Origin: Eledone cirrhosa
Lineage: Eukaryota
Direction of reading: 5' to 3'
DNA length: 64,000 bases
Assembly (NCBI GenBank): GCA_964016885.1
Contig: OZ024740.1
Coordinates: 218,240,001-218,304,000 of the forward strand
Below, piece after piece: positions 44,667-55,615 of the stretch (its first letter is position 1; each line of letters opens with the position of its first letter). The notes beneath the pieces were generated by a model that saw only the letters and a list, made by a program, of their open reading frames with translations, was not told the DNA's origin and did no database searches. Position numbers and translations under genes: made by a program.

Positions 44667-44811
44667 TCCTGCTGCTGTTGTTGTTGTAGTTGGAGTTTGT
44701 GATGGTGTGACGGTTAGGATATACATGTTTCTGATTAGCTGGTTAGTCGGTTGGTTCAGCGCTGGTTGTTCTAGCTAGAGGCTTTGCGTGGTGGTTAGCA
44801 GTAAAATGGTG

Positions 44812-44862
<51 letters not shown>

Positions 44863-45075
44863 AAAGAATAGAGGTGTAAAACACAAGTTATTATATATTG
44901 GTAAACGGAATAGAAAATGGTGACAAATTGTTCATAGTGAAAAATAGTTTAATTAGGAATAAGTGAGGATTAGTAATTGTATTGGTTTAGTTTTCAGTTT
45001 TAGTGTGTATGTATGTATATGTATATGTATATATATATATATGTATGTATGTGTATATATATATATATATGTATG

Positions 45076-45144
<69 letters not shown>

Positions 45145-45149
<5 letters not shown>

Positions 45150-47851
45150 TACTTGGGGAGGGTCATATTTGTGTAATAATATTGCCAGAATTAATAATAG
45201 AACACTCTCACTGTTTGGTTGATTTTCGCTTCTGTGTCTTTTATATCGGTTAATTTAATTTATTCGGTCCACAATGTTGCCGTTGACTGACCAACGGTCA
45301 AAAATACAGATACAATATAAACACAAACACATATATATAGTCTATCAAAGTTCTTTCGTTGCACATCTGCAACATCGTCAGTGGTGCTATTATGTTTCCT
45401 CCCGTTGCATTGTATGCTTACGCCATGTTTATTTAGTCTGTTTATTTATTTATTTATTTATTTGTTTTTGTTTTTTTTTTGTCTTCTCTGCGCATGCGTT
45501 TGCGTCTGTGTATAGTGTTTTGTTTGATGTGTGTTCTTGTTTGGGTGACTGTGTATTGGTTAATGTATTCTATCTTAGTTTACTAGTGTGTGTTTATATG
45601 TGTTTGTTGTTATTGTGCTTGTGTATGTATCTATTTATTTATTTATTTATTTATTTATACTTCTCTTAGGTCAGTGCTGTTTGTTTTGGTGTTGTTGTTA
45701 TTCCATTCATTTTCTGTTTAGCCTTGGCCTTCTAAGTTCTATTTCGCTGGCCTCTCTGATTTGCCTATCTGCTGGGTCATTTCTATGTTTAGATATTATT
45801 CTAACTTCTATGTTGTCTATGTTACCGTTGTGTTGTTGTCTGACATGTTCGTATAGTACTGAACCGTTTTTTCGTCCTTTTAGTTCCCCCCAGTGTTGGT
45901 CTATCCTTTCACCTATGCTACAAGCTGTCTCGCCTATGTTATGTTGTTGTCATGTTTCTGCATGTACCCTCTGTACATCTTATGCTATAGACTACGTTTC
46001 TAGTTTTACAGTTTATCTGGGGGGTTTACCTTACATATGATACATTTCCTATTAGTACAGTGGGTTTTCTTAAAAGGGTAGGTTTGCTGATCAGGGATTT
46101 TATGGTGGTTCCTGGCTTTTCTACCACCTTAATTTTTAAGTGGGTCTTTCTCAGGGCCTCTCTACACTGGTTAGTTAATTTCCCTCCAGGGGTAGCGTCC
46201 CCAAAAATGTCATTTTGGTATCTCTGGTTGTCGTACCATGAGGTGACTTTCCCTATCTTATGTCTAGTCCTATCTAAGCTATTCCATGATTTGCTCCTGT
46301 ATAATGGGCAAATTCCTTTCATGTCCAGTTCTATGAGGGTCTTATATTTCTCCGTGGCTCCTTCGTATACTCTGATTCTGTCTCTTTTGTTGTAGCCAGA
46401 GAACTGCATGCGGTTGATGAAGTGTTGGATGTGTCTTTCCATTTCTGTTGGGTCGCACATGCGGGACACGTTCTTCATCACTCGTACCAAGTCTGCGATC
46501 AGAATATTAAACTTAGCACTACTGGATATTGCTGAGTTTTTGAGTATCAGGTATTTGGAGGCCATGGGTTTAGCATAGTGTGAGTGGAGAATTTGGGCTC
46601 TCTCGTCTATAGTGTTAATCCAGAGTTCCGTGTCTAATACAGGTAGTCTATTGTTAGGTTGTTTGGAAGGGTAGTCGATAGTCACAGTTATACTCTGGTG
46701 TATGGAATTAGCTATCTGCTGGATGCTTTCCATTGTGCTACGTTCTAAATCACACTTGTTAGTGCTCTCTTGTGGGGATGTCCTTATTACCATATTGTTG
46801 TCGTCTACGTAACGAGAGTACATGATGAGGTCTATGGAGCTCTCATCAAGGAGATCTTTTAGTCTCCTTTCCCACCATACCATAAAAAGGTTGGCAACGT
46901 CACCAGCTATGCTGACGCCAATGGCTGCTCCCTCATTTTGCGTGTAGATCTTCTCTTGAACTTGAATATGTGGCCCTTTAGGGTAGTTTTGATCCTAGCG
47001 CCTATTGCATCTGCGACCATTTTTCTTACCTGATCATTGTTTTGGGGGGTCCGTATAGCTTTGGTCCACCCAATCCACCTTCCCATGGGAGTCTTTTTTG
47101 CCATTGAGGTTATGGTGAGGGGTCTACCTCTTATGGGTCTACTAGGGCAGAAACGTCTAAGGTCATGGCTGTCTAGGTAGTCAGTGTCGTAGGTAAGTCT
47201 ATGTAGGAGGCCCAGTTAGTCTGTGTTGACGTCTCAGAACTCCACCTCACTCTCAATGATCATCTCCACACATTTTTCCACAGCAAAATCAATGTTAATG
47301 GATGGGTACAGTGACACCACATCCATGCTGCCTATTATGCAGTTGGATAGGTTCCTGTTTTTGTTGCACTCACTGACTCTGCTGAGGAGGTCCTCTGTAC
47401 TGTCACATACATCTGGGGACATCTTGACTATGGGGCGTATAACCACCGAGAGGAAGTAGGAGATCCTGTAGTTGCTAGCTATATTTGCTCCGCATACAGG
47501 TCTTGTTGGTGGTCCTGTTGTCGGGTCGTCGACTGTCTTGTGGTATTTGCGGAGCCCATACAATGAAACGGGAGGAAGCATACAAGCACCACTGACGATG
47601 TTGCAGATGTGCAACGAAAGAACTTTGATAGACTATATATATATGTGTTTGTGTCTATATTGTATCTGTATTTTTGACCGTTGGTCAGTCAATGGCAACA
47701 TTGAGGACCGAATAAATTAAATTAACCGATATAAAACACACAGAAGCGAAAACCAACCAAACAGTGAGTGTGTTCTCTCCAAGTATAACAATATTTGTTT
47801 CAACACACGATTTCATATCAAAAACCTCGCAAAACTAATTCATCGCCGTTA
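45145..47851 (-). mobile_element. 5'-truncated PLE (RT plus GIY-YIG) with inverted pLTR; relative of 18821-20096
   Basis: ORFs 47234-47614 (YGLRK.HK..P.RPV, SMDVVSLYPSI) and 46026-46883 (RYVDD, LPVLD), with GIY-YIG remnants at 45700-46050. About 47557-47775 is the reverse complement of about 45200-45415. Confidence 0.92.
47587..47631 (+). ncRNA. Minimal hammerhead in the pLTR (mirror copy at about 45342-45386)
   Basis: CUGACGA-U-GUUGCA/UGCAAC-GAAA-GAAC-UU. Stem I is weak. Confidence 0.65.
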
Positions 47852-47918
47852 TATATATATATAAATATATATATAACGGCGATGAATTAGTTTTGTGAGG
47901 TTTTTTATATGAAATCGT

Positions 47919-48106
47919 GGCGGTGGATTGGCAGTATCGGTAGAGAGTCGGACACCATGCTTTGAAGCATAGAGTTACGTCCCTTTATGATCTGAGTTCA
48001 AATCCCGCCGAGGTTAACTTTGCCTTTCATCCTTGCGGGGTCGATAAAATAAAGTACCAGTAATGTACTGGGTAATTGCTGGCCTTGTGCCTAAAATAGA
48101 GACAGT

Positions 48107-48107
<1 letters not shown>
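47919..48107 (+). mobile_element. Nin/Deu-domain tRNA SINE, full length (another at 50138-50325 -)
   Basis: A-box-like TGGCAGTATCGG, B-box GAGTTCAAATCC and the Deu-like core GCCTTTCATCCTT.CGGGGTCGATAAAAT. Confidence 0.85.
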
Positions 48108-48159
<52 letters not shown>

Positions 48160-48165
<6 letters not shown>

Positions 48166-48673
48166 GTTCTATTTAAATTGTTGAGATACAACAAGCAAAT
48201 ATTTGTATAACTGATATAAAGCACTCAACAAATATTTGGAGTAAAAATACGATATTAACAAATGGAAACTATATTTATAAAACCATATTTATTTCATTAT
48301 ACATATTTCAAGGACACCAAGTTAAATTATGGTGTGCTTTCATCAGATAAAATACAATATAGATCAGTTTTATAAATAAATATTGACATACCCTTAAAAA
48401 ATGCAACCATTACTATTGGAAGCTCCCGGTTGCATTTTTTAAGGGTATGTCAATATTTATTTATAAAACTGATCTATATTGTATTTTATCTGATGAAAGC
48501 ACACCATAATTTAACTTGGTGTCCTTGAAATATGTATAATGAAATAAATATGGTTTTATAAATATAGTTTCCATTTGTTAATATCGTATTTTTACTCCAA
48601 ATATTTGTTGAGTGCTTTATACCAGTTATAAAAATATTTGCTTGTTGTATCCCAACAATTTAAATAGAACTTT

Positions 48674-48676
<3 letters not shown>
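48160..48676. repeat. Fold-back of about 515 bp with a hammerhead in each arm (48482-48540 +)
   Basis: Arms of about 250 bp. Motif CUGAUGA-AAG.ACACCA/UGGUGU.CUU-GAAA-UAUG-UA. Confidence 0.88.
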
Positions 48677-48727
<51 letters not shown>

Positions 48728-48730
<3 letters not shown>

Positions 48731-49752
48731 AAGCATTGTGTAATGAGGTATAAACGTTAGAATATGTGTAATAAGGCCAAGACAATGCAGGTATGGACAT
48801 AGAAAAAAGAATGCAATAGTGAAAGATATTGATGTGAATTCGTCTTTCACCTTGAATTTATTTAAATGTCCTTAATTTTCGAGATAATATCTCTTCTTCG
48901 GAGGGAAGTAAAGGTCTCAAACCAGCGTCTTTAAATCTCTAATGAAGCCATGCTGACCGGAAATAGTATAGAGTATCTGTTCTAACTTTAATATCAAAGA
49001 ATTAAAATTAGGTGGATAAAGAGTAGTCTCCCTTTAAGAGGGGTTTGTTTATGATTTGTTTTTGTTTTTGTTTTTTTTTTTTTTAATTTTATATGCGTGC
49101 CTGTATATGTGTGTTGGAGAATGCATGAAGGTGTAGGTATGTGGGTGTGTGGGTGTGAGTGTGGGAAGATAGGTCTAATCGTAAAAGTGGGGGGTAGGTG
49201 TTATCTGGTGTTAGAACTGGTTTTGTGTGTGTATGTGTGAGAGAGAATAAGTGGAGGTGTGCGCGTGCGTGTGTGTGGGGTGTGTAAAAATGGGGCTAGA
49301 GGCTCTATCAGGTTATAAATTGGGTGTTGAGCTCTAGTCTATTATTGATTGGTGGATGTGTTCTATCTATAATAAGTGCTTCCTTAATTCTAAGATTGCC
49401 GAGGTTTCTTTCCTTAGTTTCTATCCTAACTGTTATGTTTTTATCGGTGTTTTTGCATTTAACTAGGTGTTTCTTAAATGAGGAAGCGTTAGTATTGAGG
49501 TGTTCTTTTATTCTTATGTGGAGTGGTCTGGTGGTGCTACCTACGTAGAAGTTGTTGCATTTGTCACACTCTAGTCTGTATACTACGTAAGCCTGGTGGC
49601 ATAAGTCTGTGTCGTTGATGGGGCAGTTGGCTAGTCTGCAGCAGTTGTCAAGTCTGGTGGAGTGTCTCTTAGCCAGCCGTCCGCGCAAAGAAGGACCCGA
49701 GTGGGCCAGTTGAATATCCAGACCCTCTCGTCTGATGGCTCTGCGGATGGCG
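48728..49752 (-). mobile_element. PLE 3' fragment with GIY-YIG ORF (49308-49688) and a degenerate hammerhead (about 48868-48908)
   Basis: VVYRLECDKC..FYVGSTTR.LHIRIKEH..IKEAL.I....P.IN. Ribozyme motif CCGAAGA-A-GAGAU/AUCUC-GAAA-AU-UA. Confidence 0.88.
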
Positions 49753-49943
49753 TAAAAGGAAAAGAAAATGCTGACAAATTTTTCCAGTGAAAAATAGTTT
49801 AATTAGGAATAAGTATAAATTAGTAATAAATATTGGTTCGTATTCAGTTTTAGTTTTAAGTTTTTACCGGTTGCGCATTTCTAATGCTTTTCAAAAATAA
49901 TTTTGAGATAGGGCGCCCGTGATGTTTGCTCTAATCTGTTTGC

Positions 49944-50069
<126 letters not shown>

Positions 50070-50421
50070 ATGTATGTATGTATGTATGTATATAAGATAA
50101 AATTATATTTGTGCGTGTGTGTGTGATTATATATATAATTGTTTCTACTTTTGGTACAAGGCCAGCAATTATCCCAGTGTATTACTGGTACTTTATTTTA
50201 TCGACCCCGTAAGGATGAAAGGCAAAGTTAACCACAGCGGGATTTGAACTCAGATCATAAAGGGCCGTAACTCTTTGCTGAAAAGCATGGTGTCAGACCC
50301 TCAACCGATACTGCCAATCCACCCATAATATTCTCTACTTGGTGTTGTGCACTTTTACTCGTGTTTGTAAACAAACAAATTATGGATATATAATTTTATT
50401 ATAGTGTATTATAGTATATAT

Positions 50422-50687
50422 CAGAGGCGGTAGAACTTAGGATGCGGGGGGGGGGGGGGCAATCCTCCACCACTCACACACAATAATTATATTTTTCTCC
50501 CCAAACTACCAAAATACATCTATTTGTGCTACAATTTATGTACAAGTTATGTTTATCGCATATCGGAGTTTTTTTTTTCTTCTTTCTATATCTTGATTGA
50601 TATTTGATAATAACTGCTAAACTAATCACTGCAATTAAATTAACCAAATTTGGCATCCCCAATTCAGAAATGCTTCAACCGCTTCTG
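50422..50687. mobile_element. hAT-like MITE in TA-rich DNA; related left ends at about 55180 and 62266
   Basis: Imperfect TIRs CAGAGGCGGTAGAA / TTCAACCGCTTCTG. Confidence 0.65.
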
Positions 50688-50760
50688 TATATATATATAT
50701 ATATATGAAAAAATGGCGTGCTGCGTGGTTGCAAATGGGTTACATATGAATAAAATTAGT

Positions 50761-50834
50761 CCTTCATCAGTGATCTTCCAGCCTGCAATGGTATTTCATC
50801 GCTTTAAAGATCATATACCTCTGCTTGGTGCGAG
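50761..50834 (-). ncRNA. Candidate scrambled-order hammerhead-like motif, family 3
   Basis: CUCGC-A-CCAAGCAG-A-GGUAU-A-UGAUCUU-UAAA-GCGA-U-GAA-AUACC-A-UUGC..UGG-AAGAUCA-CUGAUGA. Confidence 0.6.
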
Positions 50835-51324
50835 CAACGGCTATAGAATGTCGTTGGGACACGTAAATAGGGGGAACGAGCGAGACAATAAACAAACAAA
50901 CAAAGATGATAATGCAACGAAAAGTGAGGAAGAAGGAGTCAAGTCCCTGAAATCGATGAACATAAGTTCTGTGAAATCGTAGACGAGAGAAAAAAGAACA
51001 TCCAACCTGGTTGAAATATGAGCGAGGAAAGGATTTCGCACAGGTCAAACGGGAGGAAGTGATGGAGGGGGAGTAGCAGAGAGTGAGTGAGTGAAAGTGT
51101 GAGGAAGAGGCTAACTGAGAGAATGACTGGCAGAGGGGTAAAAAGAAAGTGAGAGATACAGAGAAAAGGAAAGCAGTAAGAGAGAAACAGACGGGCTACA
51201 GCGGAGGAAAATATATAAATATATGAAAAAATGGCGTGCTGCGTGGTTGCAAATGGGTTACATATGAATAAAATTTATATATATATATACATATGAATAA
51301 AAATAGACCGAGAAACAAGATTGT

Positions 51325-51398
51325 CCGTCATCAGTAGCCTGCTGATTTTCATTGGTATTTCTTCGTATTAAAGACTAGATACCTAAAATCAGTGCGAA
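51325..51398 (-). ncRNA. Candidate scrambled-order hammerhead-like motif, family 4 (second copy at 51863-51936)
   Basis: UUCGCA-CUGAUUUU-A-GGUAU-C-UAGUCU-UUAA-U(A/G)CGAA-GAA-AUACC-AAUG-AAAAUCAG-C-AG(G/A)CUA-CUGAUGA. Confidence 0.6.
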
Positions 51399-52014
51399 CG
51401 ATAGCTAAATTACGTTATCGGGACAGAGGAAAACAGAGGAAAGGAAACAAACAACATGGTAGTAATGCAACGTAAAGAGAGGAAAAGAGAGACAAGTCAA
51501 TGAATCTTGTGGGCTTAAGTCCGACAAATCAAATGACGAGAAGAAACAGACGCGTCCGAGCCATGAGAAAAGTGAGAAAGGAAAGAATATTTCACGCAGG
51601 TCAGACGGGAGGAAGTGAGAAGGAGGAGTAGCAGAGAGTGAGTGAGTGAAAGTGTGAGGAAGAGGCCAGCCGAGAGTGTGCGACCAGCAGCGGGGGTGAA
51701 AGAAAGCAGGAGGTAAAGCAGAGAGAAAGAGGATAGCAGTAAGGTCACAGAAAAAAATACGAACCACAGCAAAGGGAAAACATATACGTGAATGAAAAAT
51801 GGCGTGCTGCATTGTTGCGAATATGAACATATGAATAAAAATAGACCGAGAAACAAGAATGTCCGTCATCAGTAGTCTGCTGATTCTCATCGGTATTCCT
51901 TCGCATTAAAGACTAGATACCTAAAATCAGTGCGAGCGATAACTAAATTAAGTTATTGGGATAGAGGAAAACAGAGGAAAGGAAACAAATAACATGGTAG
52001 TAATGCAACATATA

Positions 52015-52054
<40 letters not shown>

Positions 52055-52272
52055 GGTTTGTTGATTCACCACTGGATAGAACTGGTCATTCCGTATGGTC
52101 AACCTCGATGTAATATTATGGAGAGAAATCAACGTAATGCAACTCCCCCGTCTTCGTTTGTGTAGTTGGTGGTGCGAGTACGGAGTTAATTATTATAAAA
52201 TAACAGGAGGCTGGACTGGTGTAATTTCAGCCCCATGGATTTTGTCTGTTATATTCCTTTGTCATATTTTGA

Positions 52273-52330
52273 ATACCTGATGATGTCACCGGATTCATAC
52301 TGAACCCGGTCATTGAAATGATCATAGTAT
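52273..52330 (+). ncRNA. Type I hammerhead with palindromic stem III, between short inverted repeats (52194-52218 / 52357-52381)
   Basis: AUAC-CUGAUGA-..ACCGG/CCGGU..-GAAA-UGAUCA-UA-GUAU. Confidence 0.75.
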
Positions 52331-52377
52331 ATAATAAACCTTTCAAGGATTTACATCAGTCCAGCCTCCTGTTATTT

Positions 52378-52541
<164 letters not shown>

Positions 52542-52780
52542 TAAATACGTGCATACATATATTTATTATGTATTATTAATTGTTAGGTAATATGCTACCC
52601 TAGCAAATCAACATGTTTATTTATAGTTAAATACTCGTTGCTTGTTTTGATCTAGCTTAAGCTTACTTTCACATAACTTTTTAATTAAGCGAGACCTAAA
52701 TAAATAGTTTTTGTTAAACAATTCCGAGTAAATAATACATACATACAAACACACACACACACACACACACACATACACAT

Positions 52781-52812
<32 letters not shown>

Positions 52813-52813
<1 letters not shown>

Positions 52814-53441
52814 AACAATTAAGTTAAAAATGTACATCTACATATGCATACTGAAATACTAGTATGCATATGAATACACACACGTATACATATGTAGATG
52901 TACCAAGTCTTTCACTGGTTACTTTACTGTGAGTATCCAGCTATTCTGTATGTAAACACACAGACAAACCGGTTTTTAGAGTCATACTGGTTTTTGAGGA
53001 AACACCTTTCCTCTAATTTAATTTCGTTTCGTTATTTGTTTTTATCGTCTCCGTTGAACCGGTACGTACTCACACTCTATGCAAATTAGTCTGCCCACTA
53101 CTAATTTTCATAGAAAAAGCATATAACGATATGTGCTTTTACGATTCTCCAGAAAGGCCGGTAGATAGGTAAATATTGCTGATGAGTTGTAACAACAACG
53201 AAACTAGTTCAATATTCCTTGTCTGGCTTTCTGGAGAATAGAGGAAAGGTGTTTCCTCAAAAACCAGTATGACTCTAAAAACCAGTTTGTCTGTGTGTTT
53301 ACATACAGAATAGCTGGATACTCACAGTAAAGTAACCAGTGAAAGACTTGGTACATCTACATATGTATACGTGTGTGTATTCATATGCATACTAGTATTT
53401 CAGTATGCATATGTAGATGTACATTTTTAACTTAATTGTTT
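52813..53441. repeat. Inverted repeats of about 200 bp enclosing a hammerhead
   Basis: 52813-53013 is the reverse complement of about 53240-53441. Confidence 0.9.
53172..53216 (+). ncRNA. Type I hammerhead ribozyme
   Basis: AAUAUUG-CUGAUGA-GUUGU/ACAAC-GAAA-CUAG-UU-CAAUAUU. Stem I is extended by UUCUCCAGAAAG/CUUUCUGGAGAA. Confidence 0.88.
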
Positions 53442-53504
53442 AAGCGTCAGTCATACAAAAGTGAGTTACAAACGAAACGAAATTTAATTTCGTTTCGTTA
53501 TTTG

Positions 53505-53596
<92 letters not shown>

Positions 53597-53598
<2 letters not shown>

Positions 53599-54545
53599 TT
53601 AATTTAAAATATTAACAAAATAGATATTTTTGTGATCAAGTATATTTTATTATACATATTTCAGAGGTACTGAGTTAACTTCAACAGTACGTCCTCATCA
53701 GATTAAATAAGATGATGCATGAAATACGCTGACATAGTAGATGGTTAAGATTCAGTCATGGTAGTGAGTAATATATGACAAAACTCAATATTTATATACC
53801 TTAATATTGAGAACATGAGAAAAATATATAATACATACAATAGAGAGGGTGCGTGTGAGACAGCTTAAAAAATACTTGGCATCAATATAACTGTTAAATA
53901 ATTTAAATTACTGAAGAAAGAGGAAAGAAAAGAAAAGCATAGAGGTAGAAACAGATGAGGGGATAATATAGTTAGTAGGGGCCTAGAAAAACAAAAGAGA
54001 GAGATAAAGAGGAATAACTTATGATCAAGTCTTTAGATAATTATCCATATATACAATATATATCTAAACATATCTGGTTGACCGTTAATATTCGAAATAT
54101 TTAATTTAAGTTAGTTCAGAGTAATGAATAATATTTTAAGTTTTAAAAGTTAATAGGTATCTGTATTAATATTAAAGTATACTATCAAATTTTATTTCTA
54201 AAATCAAATTTTATGAAATCAAATTTAAAGGATTTACAAACACGAGAAAGAAAACATAGTATTTTTTAAGCTGTCTCACACGCACCCTCTCTATTGTATG
54301 TATTATATATTTTTCTCATGTTCTCAATATTAAGGTATATAAATATTGAATTTTGTCATATATTACTCACTACCATGACTGAATCTTAACCATCTACTAT
54401 GTCAGGGTATGTCATGCATCATCTTATGTTATCTGATGAGGACGTACTGTTGAAGTTAACTCAGTACCTCTGAAATATGTATAATAAAATATACTTGATC
54501 ATAAGAATATCTATTTTGTTAATATTTAGAATTAATATTAATAAC
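53597..54545. repeat. Inverted repeats of about 280 bp, each with a hammerhead (54424-54488 +)
   Basis: 53597-53875 versus 54260-54540. Motif CUGAUGA-GG.CGUACUG..CAGUACC..-GAAA-UAUG-UA, related to 48482-48540. Confidence 0.85.
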
Positions 54546-54628
54546 TCTGGAAAACCAATACTATTGAGTGCTTCCAATCTATTGTAAAACTCATTCTTTG
54601 ATTTATTCATTGAACCTTGTTTAACTTT

Positions 54629-54659
<31 letters not shown>

Positions 54660-54777
54660 TCTTATATATATATATATAGAAGTTAATATCCCCACAGGTA
54701 CTAAGTACCCCTGGAAATATATAGGGTGTCTATGATACAGTGGTTGTTCTATGGAATTAATTTGACATACCAGAACT

Positions 54778-55011
54778 ATAAAATTGAGATAAGCGGAGCA
54801 AGCAAGATTCAAACAATTTTTTAAAATAAAATAAAAAATATAATTTAAATATTTACCTATTCCAATTCCATTGGAGGTCCCTAGGGATCTCCAATCTTTT
54901 GTGAAGTGAAACCGTTCGGTAAAAGCAATTGGAATAGGTAAATATTTAAATTATATAATTTATTTTAAAAAAATGTTTGAATCTTGCTTGCTCCGCTTAT
55001 CTCAATTTTAT
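54778..55011. repeat. Inverted repeat of about 90 bp abutting (TA)n
   Basis: 54778-54868 versus 54927-55011. Confidence 0.85.
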
Positions 55012-55035
55012 ATATTTATATATATATACACACAG

Positions 55036-55109
<74 letters not shown>

Positions 55110-55615
55110 AAAGAGTCAGGACCCCGACGGCTGAGCTCCTGCCGTTTCGACGCTATACATATACATATATATATATATTCAAGGGCAGTGGAACTGGGGA
55201 GAGTTGGCAGGTGGGCTATTCCCCCCACCCCCAATAATTATATTTTCTCCCCAAAATACCAAAACACACATCTATTTGTATATGCGCTACAATTTATGTA
55301 CGTGTTATATAGAGAGAGATGGGAGAGATAGATATAGATATAGAGAGGGCGAGAGTTTGGTGATAATTGATATATATTTCTATTTATTTGCCACCAGGGC
55401 ATCAAAGATTGGGACAAATACAATGGGGGGAGTTTACATACATTTAAAAAGACGTGTAAAAAACATATAACAAATTAAATTTAACAATCGATGTCCTCAA
55501 TAGGGAGGGGCATTGACATGGGTCGCACACACCCCCGAAAAAATGTGCAACCCTCCTCTTCAGGAGCACAAAGAGCGGGTGCTTCCTTCCTCTTCTTATT
55601 CTTCTCCTCTCTCAC

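Larger units (their letters stand above)
50707..52010 (-). mobile_element. ORF-less retrozyme-like repeats: a unit of about 505 bp (50707-51210) and a partial tandem with 538-bp period (51290-52010)
   Basis: 51290-51470 is repeated at 51828-52010. The units share a pyrimidine-rich body and a GCAGCACGCCATTTTT segment, and are flanked by (TA)n. Confidence 0.7.

Noticed and set aside
44412-44726. PolyA/polyQ-encoding ORF as a host exon
   Set aside because: Driven by a (CTG)n repeat, with no recognisable domain or convincing splice context.
47919-48010. tRNA genes
   Set aside because: The A/B boxes belong to SINE heads and no cloverleaf forms.
54895-54926. Hammerhead in the loop of the 54778-55011 fold-back
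   Set aside because: Only GAAA-CCG/CGG-UA is present; the CUGANGA core and stem II are missing.
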